Shown in pieces: positions 9,450-18,319 of a DNA stretch of 64,000 nucleotides; position 1 is the first letter of the stretch; every line of letters begins with the position of its first letter. The DNA is from an uncultured Allofournierella sp. GTDB taxonomy: Bacteria > Bacillota > Clostridia > Oscillospirales > Ruminococcaceae. The stretch is taken from the NCBI GenBank assembly GCA_944382775.1, contig CALWNI010000001.1, positions 56,104 to 120,103 of the forward strand, in the 5' to 3' direction. A model generated the notes under the pieces. It did no database searches, was not told the origin of the DNA, and saw only the letters and a program-made list of their open reading frames with translations. A program made the position numbers and the translations under genes.

Positions 9450-10097
9450 TTAGGATAATGTAAAAAGCTTTGGCAATTCACACAGGGTATCAATTACCGG
9501 CACACCGCAACTGCTTAGGCGGCTGCGGCTTTGATGACCGGCCGCACACAGAATGGAATTGGTGCCCATGGCACAGGCAACCTCATAGTCATGCAATGTG
9601 TCGCCAATCATAACCACTTGGCTGCGGTCAATGGTGTGTTCTGCCATAAACGCAAGCCCTGCTTCTTTTTTGCTGTGGGCGTAGATGTTATTCTGACCGA
9701 GCAACTTATCAAAAAAATCAGAAAGACCCAATGCCGCAACTTGATTTTGTAACACATTAAGGGGAGAAGCAGAAAGAATAATTTGAGGAATGCCCGCCGA
9801 ACGAATGGCGGTTAGTGCCTCTTTTGCACCCGGACAAAGGGTGCATTCGGCAGAAGCGGGCAGGTAAAGCTCCATAAAACGGGCGGAAAGCTGTTCAAAA
9901 GAATGCTGTGTGAAATCAAATCCGGCTTTTTGGTAGTAATCAACAATGGGAAAACCGAAAATTTCTTGGTAACGGGCACGGTCATACTGTTGCGGATAAC
10001 CGTGTTCGGATAAAAGCTGATTTAAACAATCGTTGCACAGTGCCAGATCATCCAGCAAGGTGCCGTTCCAGTCCCAAATAACAAGCGATGGTTTCAC
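9450..10097 (-). CDS. HAD family hydrolase (phosphoglycolate phosphatase-like)
   Basis: WDWNGTLLDD motif I, LSAS motif II, MIGDTLHD motif IV. Confidence 0.88.
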   Translation of the reverse strand: MKPSLVIWDWNGTLLDDLALCNDCLNQLLSEHGYPQQYDRARYQEIFGFPIVDYYQKAGFDFTQHSFEQLSARFMELYLPASAECTLCPGAKEALTAIRSAGIPQIILSASPLNVLQNQVAALGLSDFFDKLLGQNNIYAHSKKEAGLAFMAEHTIDRSQVVMIGDTLHDYEVACAMGTNSILCAAGHQSRSRLSSCGVPVIDTLCELPKLFTLS

Positions 10098-10130
10098 AAT
10101 ACCGCCTCCGAATTGATCAACGAAACTGCC

Positions 10131-10643
10131 TTATTCGCAGAACAAGCGATGCAAAGCTTGATTGTGCTCGATGAGCCAAACCAATGCAACACCCAGAATA
10201 CCACAGCTGATGACCTCGCCAATGCCAACGGTAACGGCATTCCACAATGCGATGGGCAGAGTAACCACGCCATCCGAGAAGAAGAAGGTGATAACAAATG
10301 CGCCAACAATCACCGCATTAAACAAGATGGGAGGAATGGATGCAGCAATGGCCAGCTTTGCTTTGCCAACACGCAGGTTGCGCAGCTTGTAAGTTACTAC
10401 GCAGGCCAGCAGGGTAGCCAGGGTACCAAACACCACGTCGATGATGGTGGAGCCCAGTAGGTTGGACAAAAAGCAGCCCAAGGTAACGCCCACGATATAT
10501 TCCGGGCCGAACACGGGCAGCAGGCACAGTACTTCGGCAAGGCGAACCTGAACCGCACCGTAGCTAAAGGGGGCAAGTGCCAGACACAGCACTGTGTAAA
10601 CAGCGGCAATTAAGGCACAGCGAACAAGACGTTTTGTATTCAT
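10131..10643 (-). CDS. queT: QueT family queuosine precursor transporter
   Basis: ALIAAVYTVL...PFSYGAVQVRLAEVL...GVTLGCFLSN...DVVFGTLAT; start MNTKRL downstream of the preQ1 riboswitch. Confidence 0.93.
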   Translation of the reverse strand: MNTKRLVRCALIAAVYTVLCLALAPFSYGAVQVRLAEVLCLLPVFGPEYIVGVTLGCFLSNLLGSTIIDVVFGTLATLLACVVTYKLRNLRVGKAKLAIAASIPPILFNAVIVGAFVITFFFSDGVVTLPIALWNAVTVGIGEVISCGILGVALVWLIEHNQALHRLFCE

Positions 10644-10652
10644 ACTAATAAT

Positions 10653-10748
10653 CTCCGGCAGAAAGATTTTAACCGTTTGGAACTGCCAACGCCAAACGGG
10701 TGGGCCCGAACCGCAAGATTCGGGAGAGCCTAAAATCCTAAGTTGCTC
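10653..10748 (-). ncRNA. preQ1 class III riboswitch
   Basis: GAGCAACTTAGGATTTTAGGCTC...TTAAAATCTTTCTGCCGGAG; the 5' part matches my recollection of the Faecalibacterium preQ1-III aptamer; GATTTTAG/TTAAAATC and TGGCAG/CTGCCG pseudoknot pairings present; directly upstream of queT. Confidence 0.93.
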
Positions 10749-10810
10749 TGTACGCGCAAACGTACCGCAATAGTATAGCAAACTTTATTGGGGTTCTGCA
10801 AGCAAAAAGA

Positions 10811-10841
10811 AAAAGATTCCGAAAGAATTTCGGAATCTTTT
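10811..10841 (-). terminator. Intrinsic terminator after degV
   Basis: AAAAGATTCCGAAA-GAA-TTTCGGAATCTTTT with a U-tract on the minus strand. Confidence 0.8.
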
Positions 10842-10854
10842 GTAGAATGGTGTA

Positions 10855-11730
10855 TTAGTTGCGGGGTTTGCCCAGATAAGCAATGGCAAGAGCATCGGGG
10901 CCGGTGTTGCTTGCAATGGCGGCGCCCAGTTTAAATACATACAGCGGCTCACAGCCAAATTCTTTTTTACACTGCTTCACCAAATCGTCCACTGCATCAA
11001 TGTCGGTGCAGCCAATCATGTATTCAAAGGAATCGTCCAGGTTTGCGGCACGCTCGCGCACCAAGCGAATCATGGCAGCAGGTACGCCGGCATCGCCGCG
11101 AACCTTGGCTTCTACCTTGGTTTTGCCATCAATCAAGCTGATAATGGGGCGAAGACCAAGCAGCTCGCCTGCAAAGGCGGCGGCAGCAGAAACGCGGCCG
11201 CTTTTTTTCATAACTTTCAAGCTAAAGGCAGAAAGCACAATTTCGGCACTAGAGAACCATGCGTTCATCTTTTCCAGCACATAGGAAAGCTCGGCACCGT
11301 TTTGCAGCAGGCGGGCAGCCTCGCAGATCGGCCAGCCGTAAACAAAGGAGTAGGTATGGCTGTCCACCAGATGAATCTTCATCTCATGGTTGGGACGTTC
11401 TTCCCGCAAAAGGTTTTCTGCCATGCGGGCGGCATCGTAAGTGGCACTGCCGGAAGCATTAATGGTAACGTGCAGCACATCGGTGTAGCCCTCGTCTACA
11501 TATTTGCAGTACTGCTCGCAGAACTGAATTGCGGTAATGTGTGCGGTGCTGGGAATGCCCTTGGCGGTACGCAGCATCTGGTAGTATTCGTCGCTGGTAA
11601 AGTCTTTACGCTCCACATAGCTTGTGCCATCCAAGGTGATGATAAAGGGCAGAATGTCAATGTTGTACTTCTCTTGTAAATGAGCAGGAATATCACAAGC
11701 GGAATCGGTCAAAATGGCTATCTTACGCAT
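10855..11730 (-). CDS. DegV family fatty acid-binding protein
   Basis: IAILTDSACDIP, PSTA, SGSATY, VDS, KKSGRVS, LGLRPII, NTGP. Confidence 0.93.
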   Translation of the reverse strand: MRKIAILTDSACDIPAHLQEKYNIDILPFIITLDGTSYVERKDFTSDEYYQMLRTAKGIPSTAHITAIQFCEQYCKYVDEGYTDVLHVTINASGSATYDAARMAENLLREERPNHEMKIHLVDSHTYSFVYGWPICEAARLLQNGAELSYVLEKMNAWFSSAEIVLSAFSLKVMKKSGRVSAAAAFAGELLGLRPIISLIDGKTKVEAKVRGDAGVPAAMIRLVRERAANLDDSFEYMIGCTDIDAVDDLVKQCKKEFGCEPLYVFKLGAAIASNTGPDALAIAYLGKPRN

Positions 11731-11739
11731 TGTTATTCA

Positions 11740-12237
11740 TCACTTCCATTCGTATTTTGTTAATTGGCCTTGATTTTCCAGATCGGCAAAATCCCATTGG
11801 CGCAGGGCTTCGTAAACACCAACCGCAACCGAGTTGGATAAATTTAAGCAGCGTACACCTTTGCGCATAGGCATGCGTACACAGTGTTCCGGGTTTTCGT
11901 AAAGCAACTGTTCCGGCAGGCCCGCATCTTCGCGGCCAAATACCAGATAACTGCCATCGGGATAGGATACATCGGTATGGCGATGCAAGCCTTTGCTGGT
12001 AAAGTAAAAATAAGGGCCTTCGGTTTTGGCAAAGAAATCTTGCAGGTTATCGTAATAGGTGATGTCCAGCAGGTTCCAATAATCCAAACCGGCACGCTTG
12101 AGGTGCTTGTCGGTAACTTCAAAGCCCAGCGGACGAATTAAGTGCAGCCGTGCGCCGGTAACGGCACAGGTGCGTGCAATGTTGCCCGTATTATCGGGGA
12201 TTTGGGGCTCGACCAAAACAATGTTTAAAACAGGCAT
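11740..12237 (-). CDS. trmL: tRNA (cytidine/uridine(34)-2'-O)-methyltransferase
   Basis: IVLVEPQIPDNTGNIARTC, KRAGLDYW, FGREDAGLP, RCLNLSNSVA SPOUT motifs. Confidence 0.95.
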   Translation of the reverse strand: MPVLNIVLVEPQIPDNTGNIARTCAVTGARLHLIRPLGFEVTDKHLKRAGLDYWNLLDITYYDNLQDFFAKTEGPYFYFTSKGLHRHTDVSYPDGSYLVFGREDAGLPEQLLYENPEHCVRMPMRKGVRCLNLSNSVAVGVYEALRQWDFADLENQGQLTKYEWK

Positions 12238-12239
12238 GG

Positions 12240-13064
12240 TTAGTTCCTCTCACACAAGCGACCCAAAAGCGGCTCAAACCATACGCCTAAGGCAGGTTCG
12301 GCGGCGGGGTCGGTATAGTTAATGGCTTCGGCAACAAAACCGGCAGCGGCATCAACGGCGGCAGATAGTGCATTGCCGCGCAGCAGTGCGCCAACCAAAA
12401 CACTGGCAAACAAATCGCCGGTGCCCGGATAGTTGCGGTTAATGCGAAGGCGTTTGACCAAAAAGCGTTCGCGCCCATATGAGCCGGCACAGGCAAGGTG
12501 TTTGCCCATGGGCAGGCCGGTTACAACCGCCTTTTGAATGGTGTCGCTTAATGCATCAGCCAGTTGCTGTGCCTGTTCCGGTTCAAAATCCATTTCAGTA
12601 TAGGGTTGCTGCAACAGCAGACAAGCCTCGGTTTGGTTGGGCAAAATTAAATCGGCTTTGCGGCACAGTTCACGCATGCCGTCAAGCAGCGATTCCATGC
12701 CGCTGTAGAATTTGCCATGATCGCCCAAAACGGGGTCCACGATTTTTAGTGCATTGGGCCACAGGTCAAAGGCCTTATGTACCAACTGCTGGTCTTGCGG
12801 TGCAGCAAGGTAACCGGAATAAATGCAGTCAAATTCAATGCCCAGTTCTTTGTAATGCTGCAAAGCGGCTTCGCCATAGTCGGGCAGATTGTGAATGGCC
12901 GGTTTGCCTAACCCGCCGGTATGGGTGGAAAGCAATGCAGTGGGCAACAAGATTGGCTGATGCCCCATAGCGGCTAAAACCGGGGCGGCTACCGCAAGGC
13001 TGCAACGGCCCATGCCGGAAAGGTCGTGAATGCACAAAATTGTTTTTGGTGCGGATTGTTTCAA
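12240..13064 (-). CDS. pdxK: Pyridoxal/pyridoxamine kinase
   Basis: IHDLSGMGRCSL, LSTHTGG, YSGYL, VDPVLGDHG, PNQTEA, YPGTGDLFAS. Confidence 0.88.
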   Translation of the reverse strand: MKQSAPKTILCIHDLSGMGRCSLAVAAPVLAAMGHQPILLPTALLSTHTGGLGKPAIHNLPDYGEAALQHYKELGIEFDCIYSGYLAAPQDQQLVHKAFDLWPNALKIVDPVLGDHGKFYSGMESLLDGMRELCRKADLILPNQTEACLLLQQPYTEMDFEPEQAQQLADALSDTIQKAVVTGLPMGKHLACAGSYGRERFLVKRLRINRNYPGTGDLFASVLVGALLRGNALSAAVDAAAGFVAEAINYTDPAAEPALGVWFEPLLGRLCERN

Positions 13065-13296
13065 AAAAAGGTCACTCCTTTAAATTGCAAAAAACAACGC
13101 GTGTGCCGTTTACAGCCGGCAACGCATAAAGAGAAGATACTCTCAATTTTTATAGTTTATCATAAAACAGGCATTAAAAAAAGACGTATAGCACAAGAAA
13201 AATAGTAAATACTAAACTTGCAGGGCTTGTTCGGTAAAATCGCAGAGATTGTTTGCGATGTTCGGGCAAAGACAAACACAAAAGGAGGAAAGAGCA

Positions 13297-13479
13297 ATGG
13301 AAATGAAAACCATGATGGCGGCTGCAGGCCTTACCGCAGCAACAATGGCAGTGGCAGCAGGGGTGGCAACCAACAACAAAAAGAGCCGCAAGATGAAAAA
13401 GATGGTGAAAAAGGTTACCAAAGGCGCAGAGCGTGCGGTAATGGATTTGGATAAGATGATGGGCCGATATTACCACTAA
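13297..13479 (+). CDS. Small basic hypothetical protein (60 aa)
   Basis: AAAGGAGG RBS, hydrophobic N-terminus then Lys-rich helix, own strong terminator. Confidence 0.75.
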   Translation: MEMKTMMAAAGLTAATMAVAAGVATNNKKSRKMKKMVKKVTKGAERAVMDLDKMMGRYYH

Positions 13480-13481
13480 GC

Positions 13482-13520
13482 AAAAGAGAGGATGCCGAGA
13501 AAACGGCATCCTCTCTTTTT
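13482..13520 (+). terminator. Intrinsic terminator
   Basis: AAAAGAGAGGATGCCG...CGGCATCCTCTCTTTTT. Confidence 0.85.
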
Positions 13521-13615
13521 ATAAAATTTACAAATCGTTTTTGTTTATCCATATGTTTTTTAAAGAAATATATTATAATATGAAATAAAGTATAAGTTTA
13601 TGGGAGGCAACGCCA

Positions 13616-15505
13616 ATGGAACAATCAAGTACATTGATTTTAGAAGGTGGGGCACTGCGCGGAGTATATACTTCGGGCGTGTTGGATGCACTGATGGAAC
13701 ACGGCATTTATATCCCCAATGTGGTAGGTGTTTCGGCAGGTTCGCTGAATGCGTTGAGTTATCTTTCGCATCAGCCGGGGCGAAGCCAGGAAATCAACAT
13801 GAAATATGTTCACGATGCACGGTACATGGGGCCTTCGCATCTGCTGAAAACCTTTAGTTTTTTTAATTTTGATTTTATCTTTAACGAGGTTTTTCACGAC
13901 CTGGTTCCCTTTGATTACGCTGCATTTTACCAAAGTAAGCAAAGCATGTGGGCGGTTGCCACCGATTGCCGTACCGGGCGTCCTGTTTTTTATCATGATA
14001 AGCAAATGGGCGACCACTTTTTTAATGCTTGCCGCGCCAGCTCCAGCATGCCGTTGTTGTGCAGCATGGTAAAGGTGGGCAACGATGTATGTTTGGATGG
14101 CGGCATTGCCTGCGCAATTCCCCTGCCGGAGGAATTGCCCTTTGAGAGCGGCAAAAAAGTGGTGGTGTTAACCCGACATAAGGGTGCCAAAAAAGCAAGA
14201 CCCGGTTCTGCCATTGAAAAAATGTACCGCCGTCGGTATAAAAAATATCCGGAATTGATGGAAGCTTGCTTGAATCAGCCGGAAGATTATAACCGACGTC
14301 TTGCCGAGATTGAAGCTTTGGAAGAGGCGGGTGAGATTTTTGTGCTGCGTCCGCAATCGGTGGTAACGGTAGGCCATACCGAGCGCGATTTGGAAAAATT
14401 GCAGGCATTGTATGAACAAGGCTATCAGGAAACACTGGAACAGATGGATGCACTAAAGGCGTATTTGGGAATCACAACCGATTGCAAGCCCCAAAAAATG
14501 CAGTTGGATGTGGCAGGGGTATGCAATCCCTTGGGTATGCCCAAAGCGGCAAAACATGCAGCCACAATGCAGGTAGAGCATGCGGAACACTATCCTGACC
14601 CAGACTGCACCAAGCTGCGTCAGGCCATTGCAGAACACTATGATATTTTAGCAAAGGGCGTTATGGTGGGCGCAGGTTCCGACGATTTGTTATATCGTCT
14701 GGTATTGGCGACCAAGCCCAAGCGCGCCTTGCTGTTGGAGCCTACCTATGAGGAATATCGGCGTGCTTTTGAATTGGTGGGATGTGAGGTCATCTCCTAT
14801 GCGTTAAAACCGGAACAACAGTTCCGGCCGAATTTGGAAGAGCTGCTCAAACAAGCCGAGGATGTGGATGCAATTGTTGTTTGCAACCCCAACAACCCCA
14901 CCGGTCAGATTATTTCCCGAGAAAACATGATGCAGCTGCTTGGGCATTGCACCGAACGGGGTATTTACTGCGTAGTAGATGAAAGCTTTATGGATTTGAG
15001 CGGAGAAAGCGAGGCATGCTCTCTCAAGCAGGATGCCATGTATAATTCCAAGCTGATTGTTTTGGATAGCTTTGCAAAAACATGGGCAATGCCCGGCCTG
15101 CGGGTAGGGTTCTGTGTTTGTTCCGATACCGAACTGCTAAAAAAGATGGCGCAATGGGGCCAACCTTTTGCAGTAAGCAGACCGGCACAGGCAGCTGCCT
15201 ATGAAGTGTTGCAGGATACCGAACATCTAGCCAATACCCACGCTTTGCTGCAGCAGGAACGGCAGTGGCTGCAAGAGCAGCTGCAGCAATTAGGGTTGCG
15301 TGTGTTTGAAAGCAAAACCAACTTTATTTTGGTACAGGGCCCGGCGGAATTTGAGCCGATGCTGCAAACACACGGAATTTTAGTGCGAAACTGCTGCCAA
15401 ATGGGCGGTTTGGATTCATCGTATTGCCGCATTGCCGTGAAAAGCCACAGAGAAAACGAAAAATTGATTGCCCGTTTACAACAGATTTTGCAAGAACAGA
15501 AATAA
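13616..15505 (+). CDS. Patatin-like phospholipase fused to a CobD/HisC-like PLP-dependent class I/II enzyme
   Basis: aa 1-285: EGGALRG, GVSAG (S40), DGG (D161). aa ~295-629: YPDP, GAGSDD, CNPNNPTG, DESF, SFAK488TWAMPGLRVG, YCRIAV. One uninterrupted ORF. Confidence 0.85.
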   Translation: MEQSSTLILEGGALRGVYTSGVLDALMEHGIYIPNVVGVSAGSLNALSYLSHQPGRSQEINMKYVHDARYMGPSHLLKTFSFFNFDFIFNEVFHDLVPFDYAAFYQSKQSMWAVATDCRTGRPVFYHDKQMGDHFFNACRASSSMPLLCSMVKVGNDVCLDGGIACAIPLPEELPFESGKKVVVLTRHKGAKKARPGSAIEKMYRRRYKKYPELMEACLNQPEDYNRRLAEIEALEEAGEIFVLRPQSVVTVGHTERDLEKLQALYEQGYQETLEQMDALKAYLGITTDCKPQKMQLDVAGVCNPLGMPKAAKHAATMQVEHAEHYPDPDCTKLRQAIAEHYDILAKGVMVGAGSDDLLYRLVLATKPKRALLLEPTYEEYRRAFELVGCEVISYALKPEQQFRPNLEELLKQAEDVDAIVVCNPNNPTGQIISRENMMQLLGHCTERGIYCVVDESFMDLSGESEACSLKQDAMYNSKLIVLDSFAKTWAMPGLRVGFCVCSDTELLKKMAQWGQPFAVSRPAQAAAYEVLQDTEHLANTHALLQQERQWLQEQLQQLGLRVFESKTNFILVQGPAEFEPMLQTHGILVRNCCQMGGLDSSYCRIAVKSHRENEKLIARLQQILQEQK

Positions 15506-15506
15506 A

Positions 15507-15540
15507 CAAAAAAGCTCCCGCTTTGTACGGGAGCTTTTTT
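15507..15540. terminator. Bidirectional intrinsic terminator
   Basis: AAAAAAGCTCCCG...CGGGAGCTTTTTT. Confidence 0.85.
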
Positions 15541-15541
15541 G

Positions 15542-17908
15542 TTATAAACCAAATAATAAGCCGACACAGCGAACCACAAACGCAACTAGCCAAGCAATGG
15601 CACACTGACCAAGTGCAACGGTCAAGGCAGCCTTTGCGCCGCCCATCTCTCGTTTTACCGCCGCAATGGCTGCAACACAGGGGGTGTATAGCAGGGTGAA
15701 GGTAAGGAACACAAAGGCGGTAAAGGGGCTGAAGATGGCGGAAAGTGCCTGGGGCAGATTGCTTAGGCTGGAGCCGGTTAAAACAGCCAAGGTGGAAACA
15801 ACGGCTTCCTTTGCAGTGAAACCGGTAATCAGCGCGGTGGAGATGCGCCAATCGCCAAATCCCAGAGGTGCAAAAATAGGAGCAAGCAAACCGCCCAGTA
15901 AAGCCAGCAAACTGGTGGAAGAATCGCTGACAACATTAAAATGAGCATCGAAGGTTTGCAAGAACCAGATGATGATGGAAGCAACAAAAATTACGGTAAA
16001 GGCTTTGGTTAAAAAGTCCTTTGCTTTGTCCCACATCAGGCGGAATACACTGGTGTAGCTGGGCAAGCGGTAGTTGGGCAGTTCCATAACAAAGGGAACC
16101 GGCTCGCCTTTAAATGCAGTGCCTTTTAACAATAAGCCAAATAGAATACCAACCACAATTCCCATTACATATAGCCCCACCATAACCAATGCTTGATAGC
16201 GGGGGAAGAATGCGGCGGTGAACATGGCGTAAATGGGCAGCTTTGCCGAACAGCTCATAAACGGAGTAAGCAAAATGGTCATTTTGCGGTCACGCTCACT
16301 GGAAAGGGTGCGGGTGGCCATAATGGCAGGTACACTGCATCCGAATCCAATCAGCATGGGGACAAAGCTGCGGCCCGAAAGCCCGATTTTACGCAGCAAT
16401 TTATCCATAACAAAGGCAACACGTGCCATATAGCCGGAATCTTCCAAAATCGAAAGGAAGAAAAAGAGGGTAACAATAATAGGCAAAAAGCTCAATACGC
16501 TGCCCACGCCGGCAAAAATACCGTCGATAATCAGACTATGTACCACAGGATTGATACCATAGTGGGTTAAACCGGTATCCACAAGACCGGTAAGCCAATC
16601 TAACCCCATGCTGAGCCAATCGCTCAAAGTTTGCCCAATTAGGCCGAAGGTGAGCCAGAAGACAAGCCCCATAATGCCCAGGAAAATGGGGATAGCAAAA
16701 AAGCGGTGAGTCAGCCAGTTGTCGATTTTTACGCTGCGGGCATGCTCTTTGTTTTCGCCCCGCTTGATTACGGTGTTTTCGCACAAAGCACCAATAAACG
16801 CATAGCGCATATCTGCCAAGGCAGCTTCACGGTCGGTGCCTAGTTCGGTTTCCATTTCGGTGATGGCGTGTTCCAGCATATCGGTTTCGTTGCTGGAAAG
16901 TGCCAACCGATGCAGCATGAGTTCATCGCCCTCCACCAATTTTGTGGCGGCAAATCGGGCAGGAACCTTTGCACGCTGCGCGTGGTCTTCAATCAGATGG
17001 GAGATGGCATGGATGCAACGGTGCATTGCGCCCGAGCAAAAATCCAACCGTGCCGGCGGTTCTTGGTTTAAGGCAACCTGCATGGCGTGCTCAATCAGTT
17101 CGTCAATGCCTTCGTTTTTGGCAGCACTGATGGGGACTACCGGAATACCCAGTTCCTGCTCTAACTGGTTGACCAGTACGGTATTGCCGTTGGCGCGCAT
17201 TTCATCCATCATGTTCAACGCAAGCACCATGGGAATGCCCAGTTCAATCAGTTGCAGGGTAAGGTAAAGGTTGCGCTCAATGTTGGTGGCATCCACAATG
17301 TTGATAATGCCCTGCGGCTTTTCGTTTAGTAAAAAGTCGCGGGTAACAATTTCCTCGCTGGAATAGGGAGAAAGCGAGTAAATACCCGGCAAATCCACCA
17401 CGGTGGCCTGCGGATGCTTGCGAATCTGACCGTCCTTTCGGTCCACGGTAACACCGGGGAAGTTGCCTACATGCTGGTTAGAACCGGTTAGCTGATTAAA
17501 CAGGGTAGTTTTACCGCAGTTCTGGTTGCCGGCCAGTGCAAAGGTAATCGGTGTATTGGCGGAAAGGGCTGTGTGGGTTCGGTTGCGGCCGTGCAGTGTT
17601 TCGCCGCGACCGGGGTGGGCAATGGGTTCTAAGTCGCGTAAATCCCGATGGTGTTCTGCTGCGGCTTCTTCCGGTGTGCGGGTATGTACATCAACAATAT
17701 CAATGCTTTTGGCATCTTCCAAACGCAAAGTAAGCTCATAACCTCGCAATTCCACCTCGATGGGGTCGCCCATGGGGGCAACTTTGCGCAGGGTTACTTG
17801 GGTACGGGGCGTTAGGCCCATATCCAAAAAATGACGGCGCAACGCGCCGGAACCGTGTACGGCTTGTATTTTTGCTGATTTGCCAATAGGCAGTTGGTCT
17901 AATGTCAT
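15542..17908 (-). CDS. feoB: Ferrous iron transporter, FeoA-FeoB fusion
   Basis: N-terminal FeoA (LRRHFLDMGL...APMGDPI), GNQNCGKT, VGNFPGVTVD, DLPG, NMMD, GFGCSVPA, LYTPCVA; promoter TTGACA-17-TAAACT at 17973-17945. Confidence 0.96.
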   Translation of the reverse strand: MTLDQLPIGKSAKIQAVHGSGALRRHFLDMGLTPRTQVTLRKVAPMGDPIEVELRGYELTLRLEDAKSIDIVDVHTRTPEEAAAEHHRDLRDLEPIAHPGRGETLHGRNRTHTALSANTPITFALAGNQNCGKTTLFNQLTGSNQHVGNFPGVTVDRKDGQIRKHPQATVVDLPGIYSLSPYSSEEIVTRDFLLNEKPQGIINIVDATNIERNLYLTLQLIELGIPMVLALNMMDEMRANGNTVLVNQLEQELGIPVVPISAAKNEGIDELIEHAMQVALNQEPPARLDFCSGAMHRCIHAISHLIEDHAQRAKVPARFAATKLVEGDELMLHRLALSSNETDMLEHAITEMETELGTDREAALADMRYAFIGALCENTVIKRGENKEHARSVKIDNWLTHRFFAIPIFLGIMGLVFWLTFGLIGQTLSDWLSMGLDWLTGLVDTGLTHYGINPVVHSLIIDGIFAGVGSVLSFLPIIVTLFFFLSILEDSGYMARVAFVMDKLLRKIGLSGRSFVPMLIGFGCSVPAIMATRTLSSERDRKMTILLTPFMSCSAKLPIYAMFTAAFFPRYQALVMVGLYVMGIVVGILFGLLLKGTAFKGEPVPFVMELPNYRLPSYTSVFRLMWDKAKDFLTKAFTVIFVASIIIWFLQTFDAHFNVVSDSSTSLLALLGGLLAPIFAPLGFGDWRISTALITGFTAKEAVVSTLAVLTGSSLSNLPQALSAIFSPFTAFVFLTFTLLYTPCVAAIAAVKREMGGAKAALTVALGQCAIAWLVAFVVRCVGLLFGL

Positions 17909-18208
17909 ATATATTACCTCTTTTATACATAGAGAGTTCGCATTAGTTTAGCATTGTAAAGTGAAAATGTCAATAGAACGAAATTGGTTTTACAACAGAA
18001 AATAAAAACACGTTTTTTGCATAAAACAGTGCATAAAATGAAAATATACATAAAAATCAGATGAATATTCATTTTTAAAAATAAAAAAATGAACCATGGA
18101 AAAGAAAAATAAAGATGGTTTATACGAAAAAATAGCATAAAACAAACAAAAGTTACAATTAGGGTGTGATTATTGAGTGAAAAATGTGTAAAATATCGAA
18201 AAAAAGAA

Positions 18209-18247
18209 ATCTAATAAAAATTCATTGACATAGAATAAATATACATG
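18209..18247. promoter_or_regulatory. Tandem ARG boxes (ArgR) overlapping a sigmaA promoter
   Basis: Cores CTAATAAAAATTCA (18211) and AGAATAAATATACA (18232): 18-bp boxes 3 bp apart, straddling TTGACA(18225)-17-TATACT(18248). Confidence 0.6.
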
Positions 18248-18319
18248 TATACTGGTGATACGGTTAAACAAACAAAAAAACAGCGATAGATAAAATGTGA
18301 TTAAGGGAGTGTATGTTTC

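Noticed and set aside
10644-10781. N-terminal extension of queT in the ORF track
   Set aside because: The region is the preQ1-III riboswitch and promoter; the true start is ATG at 10643
13616-14470. Patatin as an anti-phage (CBASS CapV-like) effector
   Set aside because: No cyclase or other defence genes nearby; it resembles the housekeeping EGGxxRG patatin group
15542-17908. FeoA-FeoB fusion as a novelty
   Set aside because: Already known in Clostridia and Bacteroidetes; no convincing Fur or DtxR box could be read upstream
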